From: a virus | Taxonomy: Duplodnaviria; Caudoviricetes | Length of the DNA stretch: 41,840 nt | Direction: 5' to 3' (one strand) | Virus record (IMG/VR): IMGVR_UViG_3300016466_000012 | Location: 1 to 41,840 of that record | Notes under the pieces: generated by a model | What the model was told of the DNA's origin: nothing | Seen by the model: the letters and a program-made list of their open reading frames with translations, nothing else | Database searches by the model: none | Made by a program: the position numbers and the translations under genes | Shown: piece by piece, positions 1 through 8,446 of the stretch | Layout: every line of letters begins with the position of its first letter | Numbering within the stretch: position 1 is the first letter of the stretch

Positions 1-124
1 AAACCAAGTTTGCTTAAGGAATAGTTATGCCACCCATTCTATCTGCCTTTGGCTCACTGTCTCCGCGAGGATTCGGCCTGTTTACTGCTGCTGGTGGAAT
101 CACGCCCACCGTGGAATACCTAGT
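1..124 (+). repeat. 124-bp exact direct repeat, copy 1
   Basis: AAACCAAGTTTGCTTAAGG...GTGGAATACCTAGT matches 34840-34963; first mismatch at 125/34964. Confidence 0.95.
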
Positions 125-911
125 AGTCGCTGGTGGGGGTGGCACGACTCAGAATTCTGGCGGTGGCGGTGCTGGTGGGTTTAGAACAGGTACTGGTTTG
201 TCTGTAACCGCTGGCACTGATTACACCGTAACTGTAGGTGGTGGGGGCGCCGGTAATAGTGATTATTTGCAACCCGGAGGTGCTGGCTCTAATTCTGTTT
301 TTTCAACTATCACGTCTGCTGGTGGTGGGGCGGGTTTATATTCTGGTGGCGCAAACCCCGGAGGAAATGGCGGTTCCGGCGCTGGTGGAGGTTATGGGTC
401 TAGCCCCGGAGGGACAGGGAATACACCATCAGTGAGTCCCTCGCAGGGCAATAATGGCGGAACAGGTGCATCTGGCGGTCTTGGATTCGGGGGTGGAGGC
501 GGTGCATCTGCTGTTGGGCAAAATGGGCAACCCGGTGGTGGTGGAACCGGAGGAAATGGAACAGCTTCATCAATTTCTGGTTCCTCTGTAACTTACGCTG
601 GTGGAGGTGGCGGCGGCGCGTATGACTCAGGAAAAGTTGGAGCGGCCGGTGGTACTGGCGGTGGTGGTAATGGTGGTGATGGATATGCTGGGCCAAACCC
701 CAATGCTACGCCGGGAGGCACAAATACTGGCGGCGGTGGTGGTAGTTGTAGAAATGCAAACACAGCAGGCTCCGGCGGCTCAGGCATCGTAATTATCCGC
801 TATCCAAACACATACTCTGCTGCTGCTTCTACTACTGGTTCACCCGATATAACAATCAGTGGTGGTTACCGCATTTATAAGTGGACAGGTTCTGGTTCGA
901 TTACGTTTTGA
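27..911 (+). CDS. Glycine-rich tail adhesin-like protein, allele A
   Basis: VEYLVVAGGGGG, repeated GGGGG runs, YAGGGGG, GGSGIVIIRY; follows the tail-fibre gene on the circular map; AAGGA RBS. Confidence 0.75.
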   Translation: MPPILSAFGSLSPRGFGLFTAAGGITPTVEYLVVAGGGGTTQNSGGGGAGGFRTGTGLSVTAGTDYTVTVGGGGAGNSDYLQPGGAGSNSVFSTITSAGGGAGLYSGGANPGGNGGSGAGGGYGSSPGGTGNTPSVSPSQGNNGGTGASGGLGFGGGGGASAVGQNGQPGGGGTGGNGTASSISGSSVTYAGGGGGGAYDSGKVGAAGGTGGGGNGGDGYAGPNPNATPGGTNTGGGGGSCRNANTAGSGGSGIVIIRYPNTYSAAASTTGSPDITISGGYRIYKWTGSGSITF

Positions 912-912
912 T

Positions 913-1167
913 ATGAAAATGAAAATCTATCGTCTGTATGGAATCGACACGGCAATGCACCTGCTTCGTCCGGGTGCTAAGTGGGAAATCTCCAACACCA
1001 TGATTACCCGTTGGGAAGACCCGCGCCCCTGTCCTACTTGGGAAGAACTGATGGACACGATGGAGAAAATCAAAGCCTTTGAAGACTCCATCAACACCAT
1101 CTACACGGAAGAACAGATTGCAGAGCTCACTGGCTGGCAGAAGATGATCCAGGATGCAGCAGCGTGA
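913..1167 (+). CDS. Small tail-associated protein
   Basis: ATG just after the upstream stop; LRPGAKW...WEDPRPCPTWEEL resembles small proteins found next to phage tail-fibre genes. Confidence 0.55.
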   Translation: MKMKIYRLYGIDTAMHLLRPGAKWEISNTMITRWEDPRPCPTWEELMDTMEKIKAFEDSINTIYTEEQIAELTGWQKMIQDAAA

Positions 1168-1748
1168 AGATAGAAAATCTCTTTCCTACTCCTGTTGCAT
1201 TCTGGAACTTCAATATCACTGACGAGGAAAAGGACTATGTGCGAAATCTGGAACAACGTCCGAACCAAGGCAACACAACTAGCAAACAGAATTACTTGCT
1301 ATTTGAAGAACCTATGGAACGCATTGCGGGGTTTGTAGAGAACTGTCTTGCTGAATACATGAAGGCTATTCATGCTCCTAAGCACAATGTAACGCCTTAC
1401 ATCACGCAGTCATGGGCTAACTACACGAAGCCGGGGCAGTATCACCATAAACACGCTCACCCGAATTCATTCATTTCTGGCTGCGTATACATCGCTGCCA
1501 AAGGAGACAAGATCTACTTCTACCGCGATGGTTATCAGCAGATCAAACTGCCAACGGATAACTGGAACCCCTACAACAGTGATTCATGGTGGTTCGAGGT
1601 GAACGAGGGTGATGTCATCCTATTCCCGTCGAGCCTGACTCACATGGTGCAAACGGTAGACGGTGAAGAAAGAATCAGTATCGCTTTTAATACTTTCCTC
1701 AAAGGCACTATTGGTGGTGCTGATGATTTGACTGAACTGGAGATCTGA
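1164..1748 (+). CDS. Putative 2OG-Fe(II) oxygenase (TIGR02466-like)
   Basis: SWAN...HHKHAHPNSFISGCVY (HxH), LFPSSLTHMV, RISIAFN. Confidence 0.85.
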   Translation: MKIENLFPTPVAFWNFNITDEEKDYVRNLEQRPNQGNTTSKQNYLLFEEPMERIAGFVENCLAEYMKAIHAPKHNVTPYITQSWANYTKPGQYHHKHAHPNSFISGCVYIAAKGDKIYFYRDGYQQIKLPTDNWNPYNSDSWWFEVNEGDVILFPSSLTHMVQTVDGEERISIAFNTFLKGTIGGADDLTELEI

Positions 1749-1749
1749 G

Positions 1750-2115
1750 ATGGCTCATTTTGCTGAACTCGATGCTAACAATGTCGTACTGCGAGTCATC
1801 GTGGTCGGCAATAAGGACACCGCTGATGCTACGGGCGTAGAGAAGGAGCACATCGGTGCGGCTTTCTGTGAACGTCTATTCGGTGGCACTTGGAAGCAGA
1901 CTTCTTATAACGGAAACTTCCGCAAGAACTACGCTGGGATCGGGTACACATACAACCCCAGCATTGATGCTTTTGTTCCGCCGAAGCCCTATGCCTCGTG
2001 GGTGCTGAACAACGACACTGCTCAATGGGAAGCCCCGACTCCGATGCCTACTGATGACAAGCGTTATTCGTGGGATGAGCCGACACTATCTTGGATTGAG
2101 ATTGAAGGGATGTAG
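1750..2115 (+). CDS. Conserved phage tail-associated protein (MAHFA-type), copy A
   Basis: WKQTSYN..RKNYAGIGY..DAFVPPKPYASW; clear paralog of 35720-36085. Confidence 0.75.
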   Translation: MAHFAELDANNVVLRVIVVGNKDTADATGVEKEHIGAAFCERLFGGTWKQTSYNGNFRKNYAGIGYTYNPSIDAFVPPKPYASWVLNNDTAQWEAPTPMPTDDKRYSWDEPTLSWIEIEGM

Positions 2116-2117
2116 TC

Positions 2118-2435
2118 ATGAGTCAAGAAGCGGAAATGGCCCTATTGACTCACAAGGTTGAGTCTCTGCATTCGGATATGGGAGAGATGAAATTGGTTAT
2201 GCGTGACGTAGCTTCTGCGCTAACCAAACTTGCTCTCATTGATGAGCGTCAATCAAAGATGCTTGAGACTCAAGAACGCATCTTCAAACTCATCGACAAG
2301 CTCGATAATCGAGTCGATGCACTTGAGAAGTCCGAAGGTAAACAGAACCAAGCGGCTACATGGGTATTCGCTGCCGTATGGGGTGCTGCTGGTCTTCTGG
2401 CTATGTATATCGCCAAGATGCTAGGTCTGGTATGA
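2118..2435 (+). CDS. Coiled-coil protein with C-terminal TM helix; possible holin
   Basis: Hydrophobic C-terminus WVFAAVWGAAGLLAMYIAKMLGLV; ATGA-coupled to the endolysin. Confidence 0.5.
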   Translation: MSQEAEMALLTHKVESLHSDMGEMKLVMRDVASALTKLALIDERQSKMLETQERIFKLIDKLDNRVDALEKSEGKQNQAATWVFAAVWGAAGLLAMYIAKMLGLV

Positions 2436-2884
2436 GGATCCAGGTAGCGGCATTGTCACTCTCTGCTGCTACCCTTGTCGGTATAGCACTGCACGAAGGC
2501 TACCGAGAAAATGCTTATATTCCAGTTCCCGGCGATGTACCGACGATTGGATTCGGCACTACAGAAGATGTGGAGCTTGGTGACAAGACGACACCAGAAC
2601 GGGCGCTGGTAAGGCTCCTGAAAGACGCCAACAAGTTTGAGACTGCCATTCAGTCCTGCGTCAAAGTCCCGCTACACCAGTATGAGTACGATGCTTTCGT
2701 CAGTTTGACATATAACATCGGGCCTAAAGCATTCTGCTCGTCCACGCTGGTCAAAAAACTTAACAATCAAGACTATTCAGGGGCTTGTCAAGAAGTCCTA
2801 AAGTGGGATAAGTTTCGTGGCAAGCCTTTACCCGGTCTAACTAAGCGCCGTCAGCAGGAGTATCGACAATGCATTGGTTCTTGA
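2432..2884 (+). CDS. SAR-type endolysin (GH24 lysozyme)
   Basis: N-terminal weakly hydrophobic segment VAALSLSAATLVGIAL, then HEG...GDVPTIGFG, YNIG..AFCSSTL, LPGLTKRR. Confidence 0.9.
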   Translation: MRIQVAALSLSAATLVGIALHEGYRENAYIPVPGDVPTIGFGTTEDVELGDKTTPERALVRLLKDANKFETAIQSCVKVPLHQYEYDAFVSLTYNIGPKAFCSSTLVKKLNNQDYSGACQEVLKWDKFRGKPLPGLTKRRQQEYRQCIGS

Positions 2885-3318
2885 ACAAGTGGGTCATAGG
2901 TGGGGTTCTTATTCTCGTAATGACTGCCGCCGCATACTTCAAGGGCTATTACAAGGGTAAGAGTGTTGTCCAGAGTGAATGGGACAAGGTAGTAGCAGAA
3001 CAAACCATTAAGACTGTAGAAATCGAGCGTACCTTGCGTACCAAGATTGATACAGTCGTGGAGGATAAGAATCGTGAAATTGCTCGTATCAAGCGTAGCC
3101 ACGCTTCTATTGTTGCAGGGTTGCAGCAGCGTACCCAAAGGGATTCCATGCCCTCAAGTCCCGAAGATCCACAAGATTGCAGTGGAACCGGACTTTACCG
3201 AGAGGATGCAGAATTTCTTGCAGGGGAATCTGCCAGAGCCGATCAATACGCAATAGAACTTCTATCTTGCTACAAAGCCTACGACGAGGTATTCAATGCC
3301 GTTAACGGTAACAGATGA
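2869..3318 (+). CDS. Rz-like inner-membrane spanin
   Basis: N-terminal TM helix and helical periplasmic part; directly after the endolysin; contains an embedded lipoprotein ORF. Confidence 0.75.
   Translation: MHWFLNKWVIGGVLILVMTAAAYFKGYYKGKSVVQSEWDKVVAEQTIKTVEIERTLRTKIDTVVEDKNREIARIKRSHASIVAGLQQRTQRDSMPSSPEDPQDCSGTGLYREDAEFLAGESARADQYAIELLSCYKAYDEVFNAVNGNR
3074..3256 (+). CDS. Rz1-like outer-membrane lipoprotein spanin, embedded in Rz (+1 frame)
   Basis: GGAGGA at 3060-3065, GTG at 3074, signal peptide KLLVSSVATLLL plus lipobox LQGC, Pro-rich mature part. Confidence 0.8.
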   Translation: MKLLVSSVATLLLLQGCSSVPKGIPCPQVPKIHKIAVEPDFTERMQNFLQGNLPEPINTQ

Positions 3319-4258
3319 TGAATTTCTGGCCTGTTGGAATAGGCACAAAAGTGCTTCCGCAGTCGCAAAAGAGTTAGGTATACAAGTTCGTAATGTTTAC
3401 TCAAGGCGCAGAAGTCTTGAGAAAAGGTATGGAACAATCCTTACTGCAAACCACGAATCAAGTCCTACACGCACTGGTTCGTTAGACGTATCCAGAGGTG
3501 TAGCAAAGTGGCAGGTAGAAGATGGCATGGTTTTTATCTTCTCTGATGCCCACTACTGGCCTGGTGAACCTTCTACTGCTCACAAGGCTCTTGTAAAACT
3601 CCTCAAGAAGTACCGCGCTCATGTGAAAGGCGTCATCTGCAATGGAGACGCATTCGATGGTGCTTCTATCTCTCGCTGGCCCTCTCTTGGATGGGAACAC
3701 AAGCCCACTGTTAAACAAGAGCTGGAAGCGGTTACAGATCGCCTAGAAGAACTCGTGCAAGCAGTACCGGGTGCTAAGTTCTTCTGGCCCTGTGGCAATC
3801 ACGATGCTCGATTCGAGTCCCGTCTTGCTAACTCTGCCCCTGAGTATGCTGGCATTACTGGTATCCACCTGAAAGACCATATCCCTCGCTGGATTCCTTG
3901 CTGGCGTGTAGACATTAACGACGACATCGTTGTGCGTCACAGAGAGGCAGGAGGGGAGCACAGTGACTGGAACAACGTGGTCAAATCCGGCAAGACCATC
4001 GTTACCGGACACGATCACCGCATCGGTGTAGTGCCTTACGAGTGTTATTCAGGTCTTAGGTATGGTGTGCGTACAGGGATGCTTGCTGATGACGCGCTAG
4101 ACCCGCAATTCAATAACTACATGGAAGCGAAGCAACCGAACTGGCATTCGGGCTTTATCGTGCTTTCATTTGTAGACGGGCAACTCCTGATGCCAGAAAT
4201 TGCCCGTAAGTGGTGTGATGGAGTTATTGAGTTTCGCGGAGAACTAATCGAAGTTTAG
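3296..4258 (+). CDS. Calcineurin-like metallophosphoesterase with N-terminal HTH-like segment
   Basis: SDAH, GDAFD, GNHD, GHDH motifs; SASAVAKELGIQVRNVYSR. Confidence 0.85.
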   Translation: MPLTVTDDEFLACWNRHKSASAVAKELGIQVRNVYSRRRSLEKRYGTILTANHESSPTRTGSLDVSRGVAKWQVEDGMVFIFSDAHYWPGEPSTAHKALVKLLKKYRAHVKGVICNGDAFDGASISRWPSLGWEHKPTVKQELEAVTDRLEELVQAVPGAKFFWPCGNHDARFESRLANSAPEYAGITGIHLKDHIPRWIPCWRVDINDDIVVRHREAGGEHSDWNNVVKSGKTIVTGHDHRIGVVPYECYSGLRYGVRTGMLADDALDPQFNNYMEAKQPNWHSGFIVLSFVDGQLLMPEIARKWCDGVIEFRGELIEV

Positions 4259-4930
4259 GTCCGGACGATTAGCCTTAATCCAATCGAGAGCCTCTTCGTT
4301 GAGGCTCTTAAAGTCTCTGCCTATCGTTTGGGAGCCAGCATGATGAACGTAAGCCCGACTGACGAAGTGCTTGAACCCGAGCTGACTCAGATCGTGACAC
4401 CATATGTTGTCGCTGTACCAGTTGATGGGTGGGATGCGGATTCCTGTCTTCCACACTTCCCTGGTGATCTGGGCGAATATTGGGGCTACAACGCTGACCT
4501 CTTTGATTAGGTTCTCGCTAGCCCACTTAACTCCCATTCGTTCATCTTTGTCGATTGTTGATCGAATGTTCTGAGGCCACAGCACAAAGTCTGATCTAGC
4601 GCCTAGCAAACCAACTTTAAGTTCGCTGAGAAGCTCTGTATCGCGCTCAAAATCTTCAATGGTAGTCGGAGTAAGGACTACGTCATCATTCGCAATGTAG
4701 AGCCTCTCACAAGGCCAGATATCAAAAGCAGTTTGGATGGCTGCGTTATATGAGTCACCAAAGTTTTTGCCGTAGTTCAGGTGATACTTCGTCTCATTAC
4801 CAAAGTCTACTGCCTGACCACCCTTCCTAGACCACAGGACAGGATGACCAGGCGCATAGGCTTTGATTGATGCTGCAAGCACTGAGACACAAGTTCCTTG
4901 AGTGCTGCAAACAACAATCGGTGTCAGCAT
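4244..4930 (-). CDS. GT-A/GT2-like glycosyltransferase
   Basis: NFGDSYN, ANDDVVL, NWYSDNIWC, YVHHAGSQT. Confidence 0.7.
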   Translation of the reverse strand: MLTPIVVCSTQGTCVSVLAASIKAYAPGHPVLWSRKGGQAVDFGNETKYHLNYGKNFGDSYNAAIQTAFDIWPCERLYIANDDVVLTPTTIEDFERDTELLSELKVGLLGARSDFVLWPQNIRSTIDKDERMGVKWASENLIKEVSVVAPIFAQITREVWKTGIRIPPINWYSDNIWCHDLSQLGFKHFVSRAYVHHAGSQTIGRDFKSLNEEALDWIKANRPDLNFD

Positions 4931-5316
4931 TGGAATCCCGCTTCAACGAGGATTTCCTTGATTTTCGGCGGCTTGAAATATGGCCCCTTGATCACCTTCC
5001 CATCTTCGCGCTTCACCGTCGTCAACTTGCCATCCAGAGTGATGCACTTAGAAAAGTTCGACAGGGCTACGGCATCCCATGCCATATCAATCGGATAGCC
5101 CTTTGCGTGAGCGTATCCCACAAGCACCCAGATCGTGTCGCAAATCGCGTCCAATGTAGCAACATCATTGCCACCATCTACTGCAACACTGAGTTCATTC
5201 ATTTCCTCATTGATTAATCGCAGGTAGAGGTCTGCTGTTTTTTCACTCTTGTCCTGCTCTGCTGCGTTCATGAAACGCTCAACATCATCAAATAGCGTGT
5301 AAGTGTTCTCAGTCAT
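4924..5316 (-). CDS. MazG-like / all-alpha NTP pyrophosphatase
   Basis: LINEEMNEL, LDAICD, SNFSK, REDGKVIKGP. Confidence 0.85.
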   Translation of the reverse strand: MTENTYTLFDDVERFMNAAEQDKSEKTADLYLRLINEEMNELSVAVDGGNDVATLDAICDTIWVLVGYAHAKGYPIDMAWDAVALSNFSKCITLDGKLTTVKREDGKVIKGPYFKPPKIKEILVEAGFQC

Positions 5317-5324
5317 GGTTTGCC

Positions 5325-5717
5325 TCAGAATGGAATGTCAGAGTCACCGTAGTCCTTTTCTCCAGGAACAAATTTCTCCTTCGACTCGGACTTACCGCCC
5401 AAAAGCGTTAGCTGGTTCACAATGATGCCGGTGGACTGACGATCATTTCCCTCTTTGTCCTTGTACTTGGTTGTGCGAAGCGAACCCTCGACGAGCACCT
5501 GTCCACCCTTCTTGAGATACTGACCTGCGATTTCAGCGGTACGACCAAACGACGCACATGAGTGCCACTCGGTGGTCTCCTTCTTCTCACCGTTTCGATT
5601 TGAGACATTAGACGTTGCGATTGAGAAGCTCGTCACTTGACTGCCATCAGCAGTGTGCTTGACCACAGGGTCTTGGCCTACGCGGCCACACAGAATTACC
5701 TTATTCAAAGTTTTCAC
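5325..5717 (-). CDS. ssb: Single-stranded DNA-binding protein
   Basis: NKVILCGRVGQDP, TEWH, VEGSLRT, acidic tail DSDIPF; start GTG 5717 or TTG 5708. Confidence 0.95.
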   Translation of the reverse strand: MKTLNKVILCGRVGQDPVVKHTADGSQVTSFSIATSNVSNRNGEKKETTEWHSCASFGRTAEIAGQYLKKGGQVLVEGSLRTTKYKDKEGNDRQSTGIIVNQLTLLGGKSESKEKFVPGEKDYGDSDIPF

Positions 5718-6261
5718 TCCAGAATTTGTCCCATTCGGAACGGATCGTTTCAAACATTTGCTTATCGGCACTCAAAGGCACGGCGATGCCGACTTCGCCG
5801 TCAAAAACATATAAGTGAGCAGTCTCGATTCCAGTCACCATCATCTGGTGTTGCATCTGGACGGCATAGTGCTCTGGTATTTCACCGTTCTCGGCTTGCT
5901 TCCAGAGGTCGGAAGCCTTTCCCTTCATCGGGCATTTGATCTCTACGATCAATTCACCGAACAAGTCGATACCATCAAGAGAAGCACCATAGTCGCCAGA
6001 AACAAACACGCCGGTGCGCAGTATGCCAACGATTCCTTGATATACGTCACGCGCCAGCGGCTCAAGCTCTTGCCCTCTACGCATCGCATAATTCGATTTC
6101 GCATTTTCGCCTCTCTTAGCCTTGACTACATCTTTAGGCTTTTGCCACGGTGATAGACCCATAACAGCAGGAGTCTCTGAGGCCATGCGTTTCGTTCTGC
6201 GGAAGTCTAACCATTCCTGAGAACCTTGCACTAGGTCAATCTCTACGCAGCCTGTCTGCAT
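5701..6261 (-). CDS. YqaJ-like / lambda-exonuclease-family nuclease
   Basis: QGSQEWLDFR, ASE, GASLDG, EIKCP, HYAVQMQHQM. Confidence 0.9.
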   Translation of the reverse strand: MQTGCVEIDLVQGSQEWLDFRRTKRMASETPAVMGLSPWQKPKDVVKAKRGENAKSNYAMRRGQELEPLARDVYQGIVGILRTGVFVSGDYGASLDGIDLFGELIVEIKCPMKGKASDLWKQAENGEIPEHYAVQMQHQMMVTGIETAHLYVFDGEVGIAVPLSADKQMFETIRSEWDKFWSENFE

Positions 6262-6530
6262 CTGTATCTCTTTCCAATCTCTGATGGTGTAAGAGGCTTA
6301 GGTCTAGCAACGTCAGGCTTTTTGCCCCACTGATACACAGGCACATGAGATTGATAGTTCCTGTCCCAACCGCAGATATGTACCAAGTCCAGCACCCACA
6401 ATTCCTTCAGGTGACGCTGTGCTGTTCTTTGGGCTATTCCTAATTCAAAAGCCAAGTCATCTGATGTATACGCTTCTTTGTTCTGTAGATGTGCAATGAC
6501 TTTGTAAACCTGATACTTCATTGCAGTCAT
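6243..6530 (-). CDS. Winged-HTH DNA-binding protein
   Basis: TSDDLAFELGIAQRTAQRHLKEL; ATGA-coupled start at 6530. Confidence 0.65.
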   Translation of the reverse strand: MTAMKYQVYKVIAHLQNKEAYTSDDLAFELGIAQRTAQRHLKELWVLDLVHICGWDRNYQSHVPVYQWGKKPDVARPKPLTPSEIGKRYRCRQAA

Positions 6531-6646
6531 GAAAGAAGCCACCAAACCAGATAGAACATAACTGCAAACGGGAACAAGGCTCCTGCCATTGCACCAACAA
6601 TAGCGAACCCAAGCCACAAATCTTCAAAAAAAGATTTAATCCTCAT
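6527..6646 (-). CDS. 39-aa membrane peptide (not in ORF track)
   Basis: MRIKSFFEDLWLGFAIVGAMAGALFPFAVMFYLVWWLLS; ATGA overlaps with both neighbours. Confidence 0.7.
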   Translation of the reverse strand: MRIKSFFEDLWLGFAIVGAMAGALFPFAVMFYLVWWLLS

Positions 6647-6999
6647 TTCTCACTCCTCGCTCGTATGGCAGCTGCGCATTCATACAACGCAGAGTTCCAT
6701 GCCCCGCAGTACCGTCGAGACATTTCGTCTGGCACCCGCGCACACGCCTCGCGTTCTGCTGCTACGGCTTTTGCAAGCACCTCATCGGCATCACACGGTA
6801 AGGGTTTGCCTCCAACTTCATACGCCTTATTGCGCCATATCTGTGCGCGTTGTTTCTGGTACTCGACTTCTGCTTCGCAGACTTCTTTGGTTTGCTTTGC
6901 TACAAGTTTGGCGAAGCGTTCTAGGTGTTGCGGCAAAAACGGGTAGCCAAGAACCAGCCCAGCCTCCCGCGCCATGCGAATGATGTCATCGTGGTTCAT
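6643..6999 (-). CDS. Hypothetical phage protein (AEREACA motif)
   Basis: DDIIRMAREAG, LERFAKLV, AAEREACA, AAAIRAR; ATGA-coupled. Confidence 0.7.
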   Translation of the reverse strand: MNHDDIIRMAREAGLVLGYPFLPQHLERFAKLVAKQTKEVCEAEVEYQKQRAQIWRNKAYEVGGKPLPCDADEVLAKAVAAEREACARVPDEMSRRYCGAWNSALYECAAAIRARSEK

Positions 7000-7217
7000 C
7001 GCTTCATTTCCTCTGCCGCTTGCAGCAAGACACTTTTCATTGGTCTGCTGGCACAAGACTCAGCCATTCGTTCCACAATCTCAATGCAAGATTCCTTACC
7101 ACCACACATACCTGCAAACTGAGCTAATGCGTTAAGCATTGCAGGTGTCAGTGGCGTAATCCGGTGAATGTCACACTTACGCGCCATTTCGCCTATATCC
7201 AGTTGCATTCCTTGCAC
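6996..7217 (-). CDS. Hypothetical protein
   Basis: Fits the coupled operon; start uncertain (7187 possible). Confidence 0.5.
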   Translation of the reverse strand: MQGMQLDIGEMARKCDIHRITPLTPAMLNALAQFAGMCGGKESCIEIVERMAESCASRPMKSVLLQAAEEMKR

Positions 7218-7378
7218 CTCTCATCTGTTTTCTTTAGATCGTATTCGCACTGTTCAGACATACGGAACGGGATAGACTTCATTCGACGAGTGACCTCGTT
7301 AAACCAACCATCCTGAACTCGCACAATCTTCTCAAACGGCTTCCGGTTGTGGCAGCCGTACTTCTTCAAATCGCCCAT
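7193..7378 (-). CDS. Small Cys-containing hypothetical protein
   Basis: YGCHNRKPF...CEYD...RCKEC; AGGAGG upstream of ATG 7378. Confidence 0.6.
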   Translation of the reverse strand: MGDLKKYGCHNRKPFEKIVRVQDGWFNEVTRRMKSIPFRMSEQCEYDLKKTDERCKECNWI

Positions 7379-7556
7379 CCTGATGATCCTCCTGGTTTTG
7401 CAGCCAATACATGAGGGCTTCGCAATAGCAATCAATCTTTGCTGCGTGTTTGCGAGCTTCAGACCATTGCTTACGAAGACAGGCATCATGCATAACCCTC
7501 TGATATTGCTCCATTTTGAGCATTAGAAAAGCGTAGTCAGTTGCTACTGTATTCAT
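7332..7556 (-). CDS. Hypothetical protein
   Basis: MNTVATDYAFLMLKM...; operon context. Confidence 0.5.
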   Translation of the reverse strand: MNTVATDYAFLMLKMEQYQRVMHDACLRKQWSEARKHAAKIDCYCEALMYWLQNQEDHQDGRFEEVRLPQPEAV

Positions 7557-7911
7557 AGTCACCACCATATCCAAATTTAAAGTTTTCCAACATTTCCTTA
7601 ACGCGACAGTAAGGCTTCTGATCCGTCTCAACAATTTTTAGATGTGGACTGCTCAAGCAGCTGCCATCGAGTTCGTAGAGACTTCCTGTTACCCAGTCAA
7701 CCCATACCTCGCGCATCCTTTCAACCTTATAGCCATTCTTGCTCCTGACCAACGTCTCCAGGTGAATCTTGGTAAAGCGTCTAGCGGAGATGCCGGTCAG
7801 TGTCTTCACTTTCTTTTCAATCAGGCTGCTTGCATCAACAAGCCTGTGCAATGTGATCAATGCCATTTCACTTAAACAAGCACCATCACTACTGACCCGA
7901 AACACCTTCAT
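7537..7911 (-). CDS. Hypothetical protein
   Basis: 124-aa ORF overlapping both neighbours; WVDWVTGSLYELDGSCLSS. Confidence 0.55.
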   Translation of the reverse strand: MKVFRVSSDGACLSEMALITLHRLVDASSLIEKKVKTLTGISARRFTKIHLETLVRSKNGYKVERMREVWVDWVTGSLYELDGSCLSSPHLKIVETDQKPYCRVKEMLENFKFGYGGDYEYSSN

Positions 7912-8446
7912 TCTGTACTCGCTTCTTATTGAGGGTCATTACGATCTTGCCGTACTGAGTTCTCGGAACCTGAGTCAGAGACTCGACCTTGTAGAACGCT
8001 TGAATCTTCTCAAGACTTGATCCGACCTTCTCTGCAAGCTCGGAAATCTTCTGGATGTCTTCTTCGTTCAATGTTGCATCGCCTTCTTCTGACGGAGGAA
8101 GGTCTTCACCGTTATAGATGTACAGCCCGAGTCCATGCAGTGCGATAGCCTTTGCCAGACAGCGTTGCATAGCCGTATTCACCTGGAATGAATCGGGGTG
8201 CTCGATGGCTTGGTTACGATGGTTCATGACAGGCAACTGTGCAGTACGCGAAACGCCAAACGCATTCACAGTGCAGAACACCATCATGGTATGACCAAAC
8301 ATCCTAGGCTCCGCGTACTCCCAACTAGCCGTAGGGTCTTGCAGCAGGAGTTGGTCTACAGCCCATGCCCATGACAAGTACGTCAGTCCGTTCTTGCGTT
8401 CGACGTACTTGCTTACGTCAACCTTCCTAAGTTCTGCGTATTTCAC
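7889..8446 (-). CDS. Sak3/DUF1071-like single-strand annealing protein
   Basis: LTYLSWAWA, QLPVMNHRN, NTAMQRCLAKAIALHGLGLYIYNGEDLP; GAGGAG RBS. Confidence 0.85.
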   Translation of the reverse strand: MKYAELRKVDVSKYVERKNGLTYLSWAWAVDQLLLQDPTASWEYAEPRMFGHTMMVFCTVNAFGVSRTAQLPVMNHRNQAIEHPDSFQVNTAMQRCLAKAIALHGLGLYIYNGEDLPPSEEGDATLNEEDIQKISELAEKVGSSLEKIQAFYKVESLTQVPRTQYGKIVMTLNKKRVQNEGVSGQ

